A stretch of DNA of 64,000 nucleotides from positions 92,630,001 to 92,694,000 of the forward strand of contig NC_086107.1 in the NCBI RefSeq assembly GCF_963921235.1, in the 5' to 3' direction. Positions 25,845 to 36,010 of the stretch are shown one piece after another. The position numbers and the translations under genes are program-made. Source of the DNA: Mobula hypostoma (lineage: Eukaryota). How positions within the stretch are numbered: position 1 is the first letter of the stretch; each line of letters opens with the position of its first letter. A model generated the notes under the pieces. The model searched no databases. It saw nothing but the letters and a program-made list of their open reading frames with translations, and had not been told where the DNA came from.

Positions 25845-26200
25845 TTAGTGTGCGCAAAATGCTGGAGAACTCAGCAGGTCAGCATTATCTACAGAAGGGA
25901 ACAAACAGTCAATGTTTCAGGCCGAGACCCTTCATTGGGACTGGAAAGGAAGGGGGAAAAGCCGGAATAAGAAGGTTGGGTTGGTGGGGGGGAGGCCAGG
26001 AGCACAAGCTGGCAGGTGATGGGTGAGGGGGAAGGTGGGTGGGTGGGGGAGAGGGAATTTATAGTAAGTAACAGAAGGTGTACTGACACACTCAGCAGGT
26101 CAGGCAGCATCTGTGGAGGGGAATAAACAGTCGACGTTTCGAGCCGAAGCCCTTCTTCAGGACTCAGGTCTTGTTTCAGCATCTGCAGAATCTCACTCGT
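25845..26200 (-). mobile_element. Non-coding PLE unit: two tandem termini + inverted tip, 12-bp TSD
   Basis: tagtgatgtgga at 25833-25844 and 26201-26212; hammerheads at 25906-25943 (dead) and 26129-26164 (intact). Confidence 0.88.
26129..26164 (-). ncRNA. Minimal type-I hammerhead ribozyme motif with intact core, in a PLE terminal repeat
   Basis: Minus strand reads agtc-CTGAAGA-a-gggc-ttcg-gctc-GAAAC-GTC-gact: stem I agtc/gact, CUGANGA and GAAA cores, stem II with cUUCGg loop, palindromic ACGU stem III, GUC cleavage triplet. Confidence 0.85.
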
Positions 26201-26619
26201 TAGTGATGTGGAATGCTCTCATTAGATTTGAGAAGCTGAGGGCAAAGCCCGGAAGCAAAATACTGGAAATATGAAATTTCAGATAAGCAGCAAATACTGG
26301 AAATGCGCAGCAGGCCAGGCAGAGAGAGAAATACAACGCAGAACATAGCACATAGAACGGGGACAGTTCCAGCACAGGGACAGACCCTTCCACCGTTGGC
26401 AACTGTGCCAAACAATGATGCAGTATGAAATAAACACCCTCAGCCTGTACGTGATACTTATTCCTTCAATCCCTGAACGTTCATGTGCCTGTCTAAAAGC
26501 CTCTTCAGTGCCTCTATTGCACTGGTACCACCGGCACTTCTGGCAGCCCGTTCCACGCGCCTACCACTCCACGTAAAAAGATATCGCCCCCACACGTCTC
26601 CTTTACGATTCTCCTCTCC

Positions 26620-27295
26620 ACCCGCCAAAGCGGAACTTCCTGGTGGCCAAACATTTTAATTCCCATTCCCACTCCCGTTCTGACATGTCTTGTGCCACGA
26701 TGAGGCCACCCTCAGAGTGGAAGAGCAACAACTTAAATTCCGTCTGGGTAGCCCCTGACCGGAGGGCTTGAATATAGGTTTTAAAAAATTCCTCCCCCCC
26801 CCCTTCCTTCTGTTCCCTACTCTGGCCTCTTACCTCTATTCACCTGCCTATCACCTCCCTTGGGTCCCTTCCTCCTATGATCCACTCCCTTCTCCTATCC
26901 AATTCCTTCCTCCCGAGCCCTTTATCTTTCCAACCCATCTGGCAGGTACAGGGTTCTGAGCTGGATAATCAGCCATGATCATACTGAATGGCGGTGCAGG
27001 CTCAAAGGGCCGAATGGCCTACTCCTGCACCTATTTTCTATGTTTCTATCTGCTTTCACCTATCGCTTTCACCTATCACTTTCCAGCTATCCTTCTTCCC
27101 CTCCCTTTACCATTTCATTCTGTCGCCTCCCCCCCGCCACCTTCCTTTCCAGTCCTGAAAAAGGGTATCAGCCCAAAACGTTTACTGTTTATTCACTTCC
27201 ACAGATGCTGCCTGACCTGCTGAGTTCCTCCAGCAATTTGTGTGCGTTGCTTTGGATTTCCAGCCTCTGCAGATTTTCTTGTGTTTATGTTATTC
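26620..27295 (+). mobile_element. PLE 3' fragment interrupted by a CR1 3' tip (about 26940-27050)
   Basis: Matches the GIY-YIG tail and terminal repeat of the other copies. Confidence 0.75.
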
Positions 27296-27937
27296 TTTAA
27301 CAATTTTCCACTCTCATTTTACATTACATTTCTGTCCCGGGAAATGATTCTGCGTATTCTATTTATGCTTCTCATAAAGTCATAGAACACTACAGCTCAG
27401 AAACTGGCCCTTCAGCCCATCTAGTCCATGCTGAGACGTTATTCTGCCTACTCCCAACGACCTGCACCTGGACCACAGCCTCCATACCCCTATCATCCAT
27501 GTACCTTAAATCATGAAATCGAACCTGCATCCCCACTTCCCCTGGCAGCTCGTTCCACTTTCTCACTACCCTCTGAGTGAAGAAGATGCCTATCAAGTTC
27601 CTCTTAAACATTTCACCTGAATTCAATACTCTACAACTGTGGCCGGACCAGTCTTATATAGTTGCAACATGACTTCCTGACTTGCACTTAGTGATCCAGC
27701 CGATGAAGGCAAGCATAGAGCGCACCTTCTTTACCATCCTAACCCCTTGTGTTACCACTTTCAATGAGGCATAGACATGACTCCAGGATCTCCCTGTACA
27801 TCAGTGCTGTCAAGGGTCCTGCCATAGGGATATGGATCATCTGCAGGCAAAAGAGAATTAGTTCAACTAGTAGAATTACTTGTGACCCGAAGGGTCTGAT
27901 CCTGTGCTGTACTGTCCAATGTTCTGTGCATTAACAT

Positions 27938-28378
27938 TGTTCTATAGTCTATGCTCTAGGCTCTGTGGTCTATGATCTATGCTCTAGGATCCATGTTCTA
28001 TGTTCTATGGTCTATGGTCTCTGCTCTATAGTCTATATACTCTATGCTCCATGCTCTGTGCTCATGCTCTAAGGTCTATGGTCTATGCTCTAAAGTCTTT
28101 GGTCTACAGTCTAAGCTATATGGTCTATGCTCTAAGCTCTCTGCTCTATTGTCTGTGCTCCATGGTCTATGCTCCATGCTCTATGCTCTAAGGTCTATGG
28201 TCTATGGTCTATGCTCTCTGCTCTATGGTCTGTGCTCCATGGTCTATGCTCTATGCTCTAAGGTCTAAGGTCTATGGTCTATGCTCTCTGCTCTATGCTC
28301 TAAGGTCTAAGGTCTATGGTCTATGCTCTCTGCTCTATGCTCTAAGGTCTATGGTCTATGGTCTACGCTCCATGCTCT
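27938..28378. repeat. 7-bp minisatellite (tctatgg/tctatgc/tctaagg)n
   Basis: About 60 degenerate heptamers with 42-bp higher-order repeats near 28270-28353. Confidence 0.92.
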
Positions 28379-28439
28379 TTCTCCTTACATTTGACCTCGC
28401 AAAGTGCAGCATTTCACATCTGCCCAGATTAAACTGCTT

Positions 28440-29075
28440 GAGCACAACAGATTCTGCAGATGCTGATAACCTTGAGCACTAGATGCCACAAAATGCAGCA
28501 GGTCAGGCATATCTGTGGAGCAGAATTAACTGTCGACATTTCAGGCCAAAGTCACTTCATCAGGGCTGGTAGGGCAGAGGGCAGAAGCCAGGATAGGAAG
28601 GTGGGGGGAAGGGAAAGGCTTACAAGACGGCAGGCGATATGTGAGACCAGGTGAGGGGGAGAGTGGGTCGGTGAGGGAGGGGAGATGAGGTAAGAAGCTG
28701 GGAGGTGATAGGTGGAAAAGGCTGGAGAAGGAGGAATCTGATAGGAGAGGAGAATGGACCATGGGAGAAAGGGAAGGAAGAGGGGCAGCTGAGGGAGATG
28801 ATGGGCAGATGAGGGGAAGAGAAGGGGTATGAGGGGAGTCAGATGGGGAATTGAAAAAGAAGGAAGGGGAGGGGGGAGATATTACTAGAAGTTCGAGAAA
28901 TTGACGTTAATGCCGTCAGGTTGGAGGTTACCCAGAAGCAATCTGAAGTGCTGCTCCTGCAACTTGAAGCGCCCTTATTGTGGCAGTAGAAGAGCCCTTG
29001 AGTGACATGTCAGTATAATTAATATGGGTGGCCATCCTAAAATCTTGCCTATTGTGGTGGACAGAGAGAACATGC
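28440..29075 (-). mobile_element. PLE 3' fragment ending about 100 bp upstream of exon 2
   Basis: Terminal repeat, hammerhead motif at 28531-28569, purine-rich antisense UTR, GIY-YIG tail. Confidence 0.8.
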
Positions 29076-29140
29076 TTTAATTGGAAACCAAGTGTACTAT
29101 ATCCAAGTGTGATCTAATTTGTAGTTCCACAATATTTTAT

Positions 29141-29147
29141 TACTAAC
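29141..29147 (+). promoter_or_regulatory. Perfect TACTAAC branch point for the 28.4-kb intron 1
   Basis: tactaac lies about 28 nt upstream of exon 2, followed by a pyrimidine tract with no intervening AG. Confidence 0.8.
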
Positions 29148-29174
29148 CTATGTGTTTTCCACCCCTTGTCTCAG

Positions 29175-29562
29175 ATATCTCGGTCAGCCTGCTCTCCGTG
29201 ATTGTCACCTTCTGCGGCATTGTGCTCCTCGGGGTCTCTCTCTTTGTCTCCTGGAAACTGTGCTGGATCCCATGGCGGGACAGAGGCCTGAACCCCCAGC
29301 GCCAGAACTCTCACCACCATCCCCACCACCACCTCCATCACCACCACTCACATTTCACTGACCTCGCTGTCGAGAGGGTCGACGGTGGGTCTGAGATGCC
29401 CGAGAGGTCCTACCTCGACCTGGAGTCCTACCCGGAGTCCGGTATTAAGCTGAGCCAGACCTCTCCTGATATCCCGGTGGACACCAACTCAGGGAGTAAG
29501 GAGAACAGCATCCCGAATGCACACTCCCAGCAGCAAGTCTCTGCGCCTCCTCCAGCAACAAG
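29175..29562 (+). CDS. SYT3: Synaptotagmin-3 coding exon 2 (transmembrane helix, His-rich spacer)
   Basis: Acceptor ccccttgtctcag|AT; DISVSLLSVIVTFCGIVLLGVSLFVSWKLCW is the SYT3 TM signature; donor AAG|GTGGGG, phase 2. Confidence 0.96.
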
Positions 29563-30039
29563 GTGGGGAGCTTCGGTCAAATGGACGTTGGAGTTGGTTC
29601 TTGGGTGGGAGGGGGGTAGAAAATGTGAATTTTAGACCGAAAGACTTAGGAGCAGAGATAAGACTTTGGCATGGCTGATTTATTTCCCTCTCAACCCCAT
29701 TCTCCTTCTTTTTCCCCATAACCTTTGATGCTCTTACTAATCAGAAGCTATCAATCGCCTCTTCATTGACTTGGCCTCCATAACTGTCTGTGGCAATGAA
29801 TTCCACAGATTCACCACCCTCTGCCAAAAGAAATTCCTCCTCATCTCTCTCCTAAAGGGCACCCTTCTCTTCTGGGACAGAGCTCTCTGGTCCTAGAGTC
29901 TCCCACTAAAGGCGTTATATATAGTTTTTGGACGATGGTGGTGGGGAGAGCAGACTTGCGGCATGGCCAACTTGACCCACTCTAGCGTTTGTACTCCCTA
30001 TGAACCATGACTATCCTTCTCATAGCAACATTATAAAGA

Positions 30040-30830
30040 TCCAGATTCAAATTCAGATTTATTTACATTCAGTAAAATGCAGCATTTATGTTAACAGCCA
30101 ACACGCCAATGAGCCAAAAAAGACAAACTGCGCAAATACAAAACGACCAAATAAATAATACTGGGAACACGAGTTGTAGAGTCCTTGAAAATGAGTCCGT
30201 AGACTGTGGACTTGGTTCAGAGTTGTGGTGAGTGAAGTTATCCACACTGGTTCGGGAGCCTGATGTGTAGTAAATGCTGCTGAACCTGGTGGTGTGGGAC
30301 CTGAGGCTCCTGTACCTCTTTTCCAATGGCAGCAGTGAGAAGAGACCAAGGCCTGAATGGTGGGGGTCCTCGATGATGGACGCTGCTTTCTTGTGGCAGT
30401 GCACCTTGTAGATGTTCTCAGTGGTGAGGAGGGCTTTTCCTGTGATAGAATGGGCTGTGGCCAGCACCTTCTGTAGGCTTTTCTGTTTCTGATACAACCA
30501 GTCAGGATATTCTCCACCGTACATCAATAAAAGTTTGTTAAAGTTTTAAATAATATAGTGAAGCTTTGCAAACTTCTAAGGAAGTATAGTCACTGTCATG
30601 CCTTCTTTATGTTGGTACCTACGTGCTGGTCCCAGAACAGATCCTCTAATATGGTAATGCTAAGGAACTTATAGTTACTCGCCCTCTTCCTCCTTGGATC
30701 CCCTCATGAGGACTGGCTTATGAACCTTTGGCTTCTGCCTCCTGTAGTCAATAATCAGCTCTTTGGTCTTGCTGACTTTGTGTGAGAGGTTGTTGTTGTG
30801 GCTCCACTCAGCTTTAATTTCCCTCCTGTA
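30040..30830 (-). mobile_element. Rex1/Babar-like LINE fragment reaching the exon 3 acceptor
   Basis: ENILTGCI, KKAASIIEDPHH, RYRSLRSHTTRF; aligns with the 12185-13125 copy up to ctcctgta (30830). Confidence 0.85.
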
Positions 30831-30840
30831 TCCCTTGCAG

Positions 30841-31390
30841 ATTTAACTCGCTCCCGAGACCAATCCCACAGCAGTTAAGCAGCCCAGATTGTGCGACTCA
30901 AGCTGATGAGAAGGTGGAGCAAGTAACCAGCATTGGGCAGATCAAGCCTGAATTGTACAAACAGCGGTCGATCGACGCGGAGGCGAAAAAACACCAGAAG
31001 GGCAATTGTGGCCGGATCAACTTCCTGCTGCGCTACACCTACGCGAGCGAGCAGCTGATCGTTAAGATCCTGAAGGCCCTTGACCTCCCCGCCAAAGACG
31101 CCAACGGATTCTCCGACCCCTACGTGAAGATCTACCTGTTGCCTGACCGCAAGAAGAAGTTCCAGACCAAGGTCCATCGCAAGACCCTCAACCCAATCTT
31201 CAACGAGACCTTTCACTTCAACGTGTCCTTCAACGAGCTCCAGAATCGCAAGCTGCACTTTAGCATCTATGACTTTGACCGCTTCTCCCGGCATGACCTC
31301 ATTGGGCAGGTGGTGCTGGACAACCTCCTGGAGTTCTCGGACCTCTCTGAGGGCACGACCATGTGGCGAGACATCCTGGAAGGCACCTCG
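30841..31390 (+). CDS. SYT3: Synaptotagmin-3 coding exon 3 (spacer + C2A domain)
   Basis: Acceptor tcccttgcag|A; (R)[14 protein letters not shown]...[37 protein letters not shown]...[13 protein letters not shown]...ILEGTS; donor TCG|GTGAGT, phase 0. Confidence 0.97.
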
Positions 31391-31570
31391 GTGAGTTGTA
31401 TTGGGGTATTGAGGGGTGGGGGGAGGTTTATTTGGCCTTGTGGGCACATCATAGAGTGATGGAGTCACACAGCACTGAAACAGGCCCTACAGCTCTTCTG
31501 GTCCATGCTGACCAAGATTCCTGTCTAAGTCAGTCCCATTTGCCAGCATTCGGTCCATATCCCTCTAAAC

Positions 31571-31651
31571 CAGGGGTTTCTGACCTTTTTTTATGCCATG
31601 GACCAATATCATTAACCGGGAAGTCTGTGAACCCCAAGTTGGGAACCCCGG
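31571..31651. mobile_element. hAT (Charlie-like) MITE, 81 bp, inside a CR1 3' end
   Basis: TIRs caggggtttc / gaaccccgg; 8-bp TSD ctctaaac (31563-31570) / ctcgaaac (31652-31659). Related fragment at about 44031-44076. Confidence 0.85.
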
Positions 31652-32444
31652 CTCGAAACCTTTCCTTTCCATGTACGTGTCCAAGTGGTCTTAAATATTG
31701 TTGATGGATTTGCTTCAACCACTTTGTCTGGCACCTCATTCTATGTACACACCACCTTTGCATGAAAAATTTACCCCATGGTTTCCTATTACCTCTCTCC
31801 TCTCACCTTAAACCTGTGCCCTCAAACCCTTCCTCTTTTGACTTTAAATGGTGGCTGGCAGTCCAACTTAAAGGTGGGTTATTGGCACCAACTGGACTGG
31901 AGTGTGGTATAGAGAACTGGGGGGAAAAACCTTTACTACTTCTCTTTTCAAATGAAAGATAAATTATCCCAGAAAGCCCAATAGATTGTAAGTAATGAAA
32001 GACAATACTGTGAATTAAATTAAAGCCACTCCCGTAACTTAACAGTTTTTAAATGAAAACCATCATTGGGTTTTGTCAACCCCAAAATATTGTAGTGAAG
32101 ACTGCAGTTGATTTCTTTTCATCTTATATGCTTCACACTGTAATAATATATGTTCAGCTGTTTCAAAATGATGACAAAATCTACACAACCCAGAGTGAAG
32201 TTTTCCAACAAGATGTAAGGAATTATTAAGCATAGTATGCCCAAGTCTAAGTCATTTCAAAATAAATCTTCCCCTTCTTGCTTTAACCCCTTCTCCCATA
32301 AACCCATCAGTTTTATGTATTCTGTAAAGGTTTCACCCCTTATACCCATTATTCTACAAGTCATGCTATAATTCCCCACCCAATTCATAACCCTACCCAT
32401 CAAATTCTTGATTTCCCCAAACCAAGGAAAAAAGACTTGAGTAC

Positions 32445-32640
32445 CTTCACCTGATCTATGAGACACCTGCATTGATTGGACAGGAAACTGGTGCTCACTA
32501 CCGCTGATGAAACACAAGTGTTGATTGGACAGGAAATCAGCACTCCCTATCACTGATGAAACACAAGTGTTGATTGGACAGGAACCTTGGGATCAATATT
32601 ACTGATGAGAAAACAGTGTTGATTGGGCAGGACCAGCTTC
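32445..32640. repeat. 49-bp period tandem array, 4 units
   Basis: ttgattgg(a/g)cagga starts at 32472, 32521, 32570 and 32619. Confidence 0.9.
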
Positions 32641-33130
32641 TCATGAACATTCAATTGACTACCCATCAATAGGGCAGAACCTGGTTCTTGTTAACGTTGG
32701 CTGAACTCTCAAAGTAAGTGGTCAGAACCTAGCCTAATTAGCATTGAAATTGGCATTTACTAGCATTTAGTAAAATGCACTTGGACTATTGTGAACAGTT
32801 TTGGGCCCCTTATCCAAGAAAGGATTTACTGGTATTGGAGAGGGTCCAGAGGAGGTTTATGAGAATGACCCTGGGAATGAAGGGGTTAACATATGAGATT
32901 CAAGGTTGTTTAATGTACCCAAGTGTAACGGAGAACACAATAATTATTACTCTGGATCCAAGGTAGCACTAAACAGCATAATAAAATACAGACGACAATA
33001 AAACAAAACATAAGCGCAATAAAATATAAATACATAAAGTAGCTCATTTACATAGTTTGATTGTACGTACATAAAGTGACATGAGACACAAGAGTGTCTG
33101 TATCATTTCCTATCAGAGTCACCTTATGTA

Positions 33131-33543
33131 CATTACTGCGCAAAAGTCTTAGGCATATGTAAAAAAAAATCAGTAATGCAAAGATGCTTTCAATATAGTG
33201 AAACGTTTCTAAATATCAAAAATTTACTACAAAGAGCAGTAAACAATAAAAAAAACTAAATCAGATCGATATTTGGTGTGACTACCCTTTGGCTTTCAAA
33301 CTGCATGAATTCTGTTAGGTAAATTTTTGTGCAGTTTTATAAGAAAATCGACTGGTAGGTTGTTCCAAGCATCTTGGAGAGGTTTCACAGTTCTTCTGCA
33401 GACTTTGGCTGTCTTGCTCCCTTCTGTCTGTCCAGGTAATGGTCAGGCAGCCTCAGTGATGTTGAGATCAGGGCTCTATGGAGGCCATACCATCTGAAAC
33501 CTCATAAAAAATCAAGGGTGCCTAAGACTTTTGCATAGTACTG
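33131..33543. mobile_element. Tc1/mariner non-autonomous element
   Basis: TA TSDs; TIRs cattactgcgcaaaagtcttaggca / tgcctaagacttttgcatagtactg. Confidence 0.9.
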
Positions 33544-34538
33544 TACATAAAGTGACTGACAGGAAATGATAAAGTAGTGGTGGTGGGGGAGTGTGGTGTT
33601 TTGGTGGGTGATCAGATTTCCTGCTTGGGGAAAGTGACTGGTTTTGAGTCTGGTGCTCCTGGCATGGATGCTATGTTGCCTCCTCCCTGATGGGAGTGGG
33701 ACAAATAGCCTATGAGCAGGGTGGGTGGGATCCTTTACGGTATTGCTGGACTTTTAATGGCACCTTTCTGTATATGTCCTTGATGTTGGTGATGCATTGG
33801 GCTGTGGTGGTTGCCTGTTGTAGAGCCTTCCTAATCGGATGTTCTGTACTGTGCATCTGTAGAAGGTCATGAGTATTGATGTCTCTCAGTACTCATAATG
33901 TGAGTATTGAGGATCATTTGATGGCTCCGGGCTTGTACTCACTGGAATGTATAAGAATGAGGTGGGATCTCATTGAAATCCATTGAATATTGTAAAGACT
34001 GAGTTGAGTGGACTTGAAGAGGATGTTTCCTGTCGTGGTGGAGTCTAGGGCCAGAGAGCACAGCCTTGGAGTAGAAGGCTATCCCTTTAGAACAGAGATG
34101 AGGAGGAATTTCTTTAACCAGAGGCCGGTGAATCTGTGGAATTCATTGCCTCAGTCGGCTGTGAAGGCTTAATCATTGGATATATTTAAAGCAGAGGTTG
34201 ATAGATTGTTGATTAGTAAAGGCATCAAAGGATATGGGTTAGGAATGGGGTTAGGAATGAGAGGCAATATAAGTTAACTATGACAAAATGGCAGAGCAGA
34301 TTTGATAGGCCAAGTGGTCTAATTCTGCTCCCATGTCTTGTGCTCTCATTGTCTGAATACCCATATTGTTCAGGCAGAGCCCAGAATTTAGTAGTGGAGA
34401 CACAAGATACTGCAGATACAGCTGTCCATTTCCCTCCATAGTTTCTGCCTGAGCCAGTGAGTTTCACCAGCAGCTCATTTGTTTCCGCTCCATAACTCTC
34501 TCGTATTGATCGGGTGGGCCTGGTCTTCATCAGCATTA

Positions 34539-35040
34539 GATTCAAGAGGCAGTGTAGATGCTGGAAATCTAGAGCAATACGCACAATTTCTGGACCCATG
34601 TCACCCCAACCGCAATCTATTCCAGCTGCTACCTTCCGGGAAATGGTACCGCAGCATAAAAGCCAGGACCAACAGGCCTGAGACAGCTTCTTCCACCAGG
34701 CCATCACACTGATGAACTCACGCTGATCTGAGTGTATTTCTATGTTACATTGACTGTTCTATTTATTATAAATTATTATAAATTGCTATGATTGCACATT
34801 GCACATTTAGACGGAGACGTAACGTAAAGATTTTTACTCCTCATGTATGTGAAGGATGTAAGAAATAAAGTCAATTCAATTCAACTCAGCGGGTTAGACA
34901 GCATCTATGGATGGGAATAAGCAGTCAATGTGTTGGGCCGCATCCTGATGAAGGGTCCCAGCTGAAATGTCGACTTTTTAATTCCTATCCCTCGATGCTG
35001 CCTGACCTGCTGAGCTCTTCCGGCACATTCTGTGTATTAA
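34539..35040. mobile_element. PLE fold-back unit with 13-bp TSD, itself interrupted by a Rex1/Babar-like 3' end (about 34593-34882, +)
   Basis: ttcatcagcatta at 34526-34538 and 35041-35053; inversion at about 34940, just 5' of CTGATGA (34945-34951). Confidence 0.88.
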
Positions 35041-35394
35041 TTCATCAGCATTAATTAGGTGTAAACTTTGAGTAACTGTTAGCATTGATCGAGCAACACT
35101 GGCGTCTCCCTGGCATTGATTGAGTGGGACCTGGAACGAGGTAAATGTTGATTGGGTGTTAGTGTTGATGGAGCAGGGGCAGATCCTTGTTAGTGTAAAT
35201 TAGGTGCTAATATTATTAAGTTGTACCTGGTGTACCACACTGAAATAGCATAATATTGTAATGCCATTAGATACAGGAGCAGAATCAGGCCATTCTGCCC
35301 ATCGAGTCTGCTCCGCCATTTAATCATGCTAAGTTTTCATCCCTCTCAACCCCATTCTCCTGCATTCTCCCCTTAACCATTGACACCCTTACTT

Positions 35395-36010
35395 ACAAAA
35401 TACCGGATGAACTCAGCAGGTCAGGCAGCATCTAGAGAGACAAAGAAACAGTTGATGTTTTGGGACGAACCCTTCAGCTGGACTGGAAAGACAGGGGACA
35501 GAAGCAGAATAAGAAGGTGGTGGAAAGGAGAGGTGAAAGCTGGCAAGTGATAGGTGAAACCAGGTGAGGGGGAAGGTGGTTGAGTGGTGAAACCAGGTGA
35601 GGGGGAAGGTGGGTGCGTGGGGGTAAAGAGGAATAAATGAGAACCTGGGAGGTGATTGGTGGAAGAGGTAAAGGGCTGAAGAGGGAGGATTCTAACAGGG
35701 GAGGAGGGTGGACCATGGGGGAAAGGGAAGGAGGGAGGGACACCAGAGTGAGATGACGGGCAGATGAGGCAAAGAGAAGGGGAATGAGGATAACCAGAAT
35801 GGGAAAGAAAAAAGAGCAAAGGGAACGGGGGTGGGGGGGGGAAGAAATAAACGTGTTGGAGAAATCGATGTTCATACCATCAGTTTGGAGGCCACCCATA
35901 CGGAATATGAGGTGTTGCTCCCCGAAGATGCTGCCAGACCTGCTGAGTTCCTCCAGCATTTTGTGTGTGTTTCTCTGAATTTCCAGCATCTGCAGACTCT
36001 CTTGTGGTTA
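35395..36010 (-). mobile_element. PLE 3' fragment with inverted terminal repeat (about 35927-36005, +)
   Basis: EQHLIFRMGGLQTDGMNIDFS on the minus strand, with PLE termini at both ends in opposite orientation. Confidence 0.82.

Noticed and set aside
28000..28482. Repetitive MVYAL/YGLCS ORFs
   Set aside because: Translations of the heptamer minisatellite.
30875..31468. 197-aa antisense ORF (also 565-837 and 55570-55956)
   Set aside because: Shadows of GC3-rich SYT3 exons; no independent evidence.
32504..32585. Hammerhead or C/D snoRNA in the 49-bp array
   Set aside because: CUGAUGA + hairpin is followed by GAUU rather than GAAA, with no stem I/III; no convincing terminal stem for a C/D snoRNA.
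32445..32640. CRISPR array (repeat + variable spacer look)
   Set aside because: Vertebrate intron, no cas genes, and the 17-nt spacers are too short and partly similar to each other.
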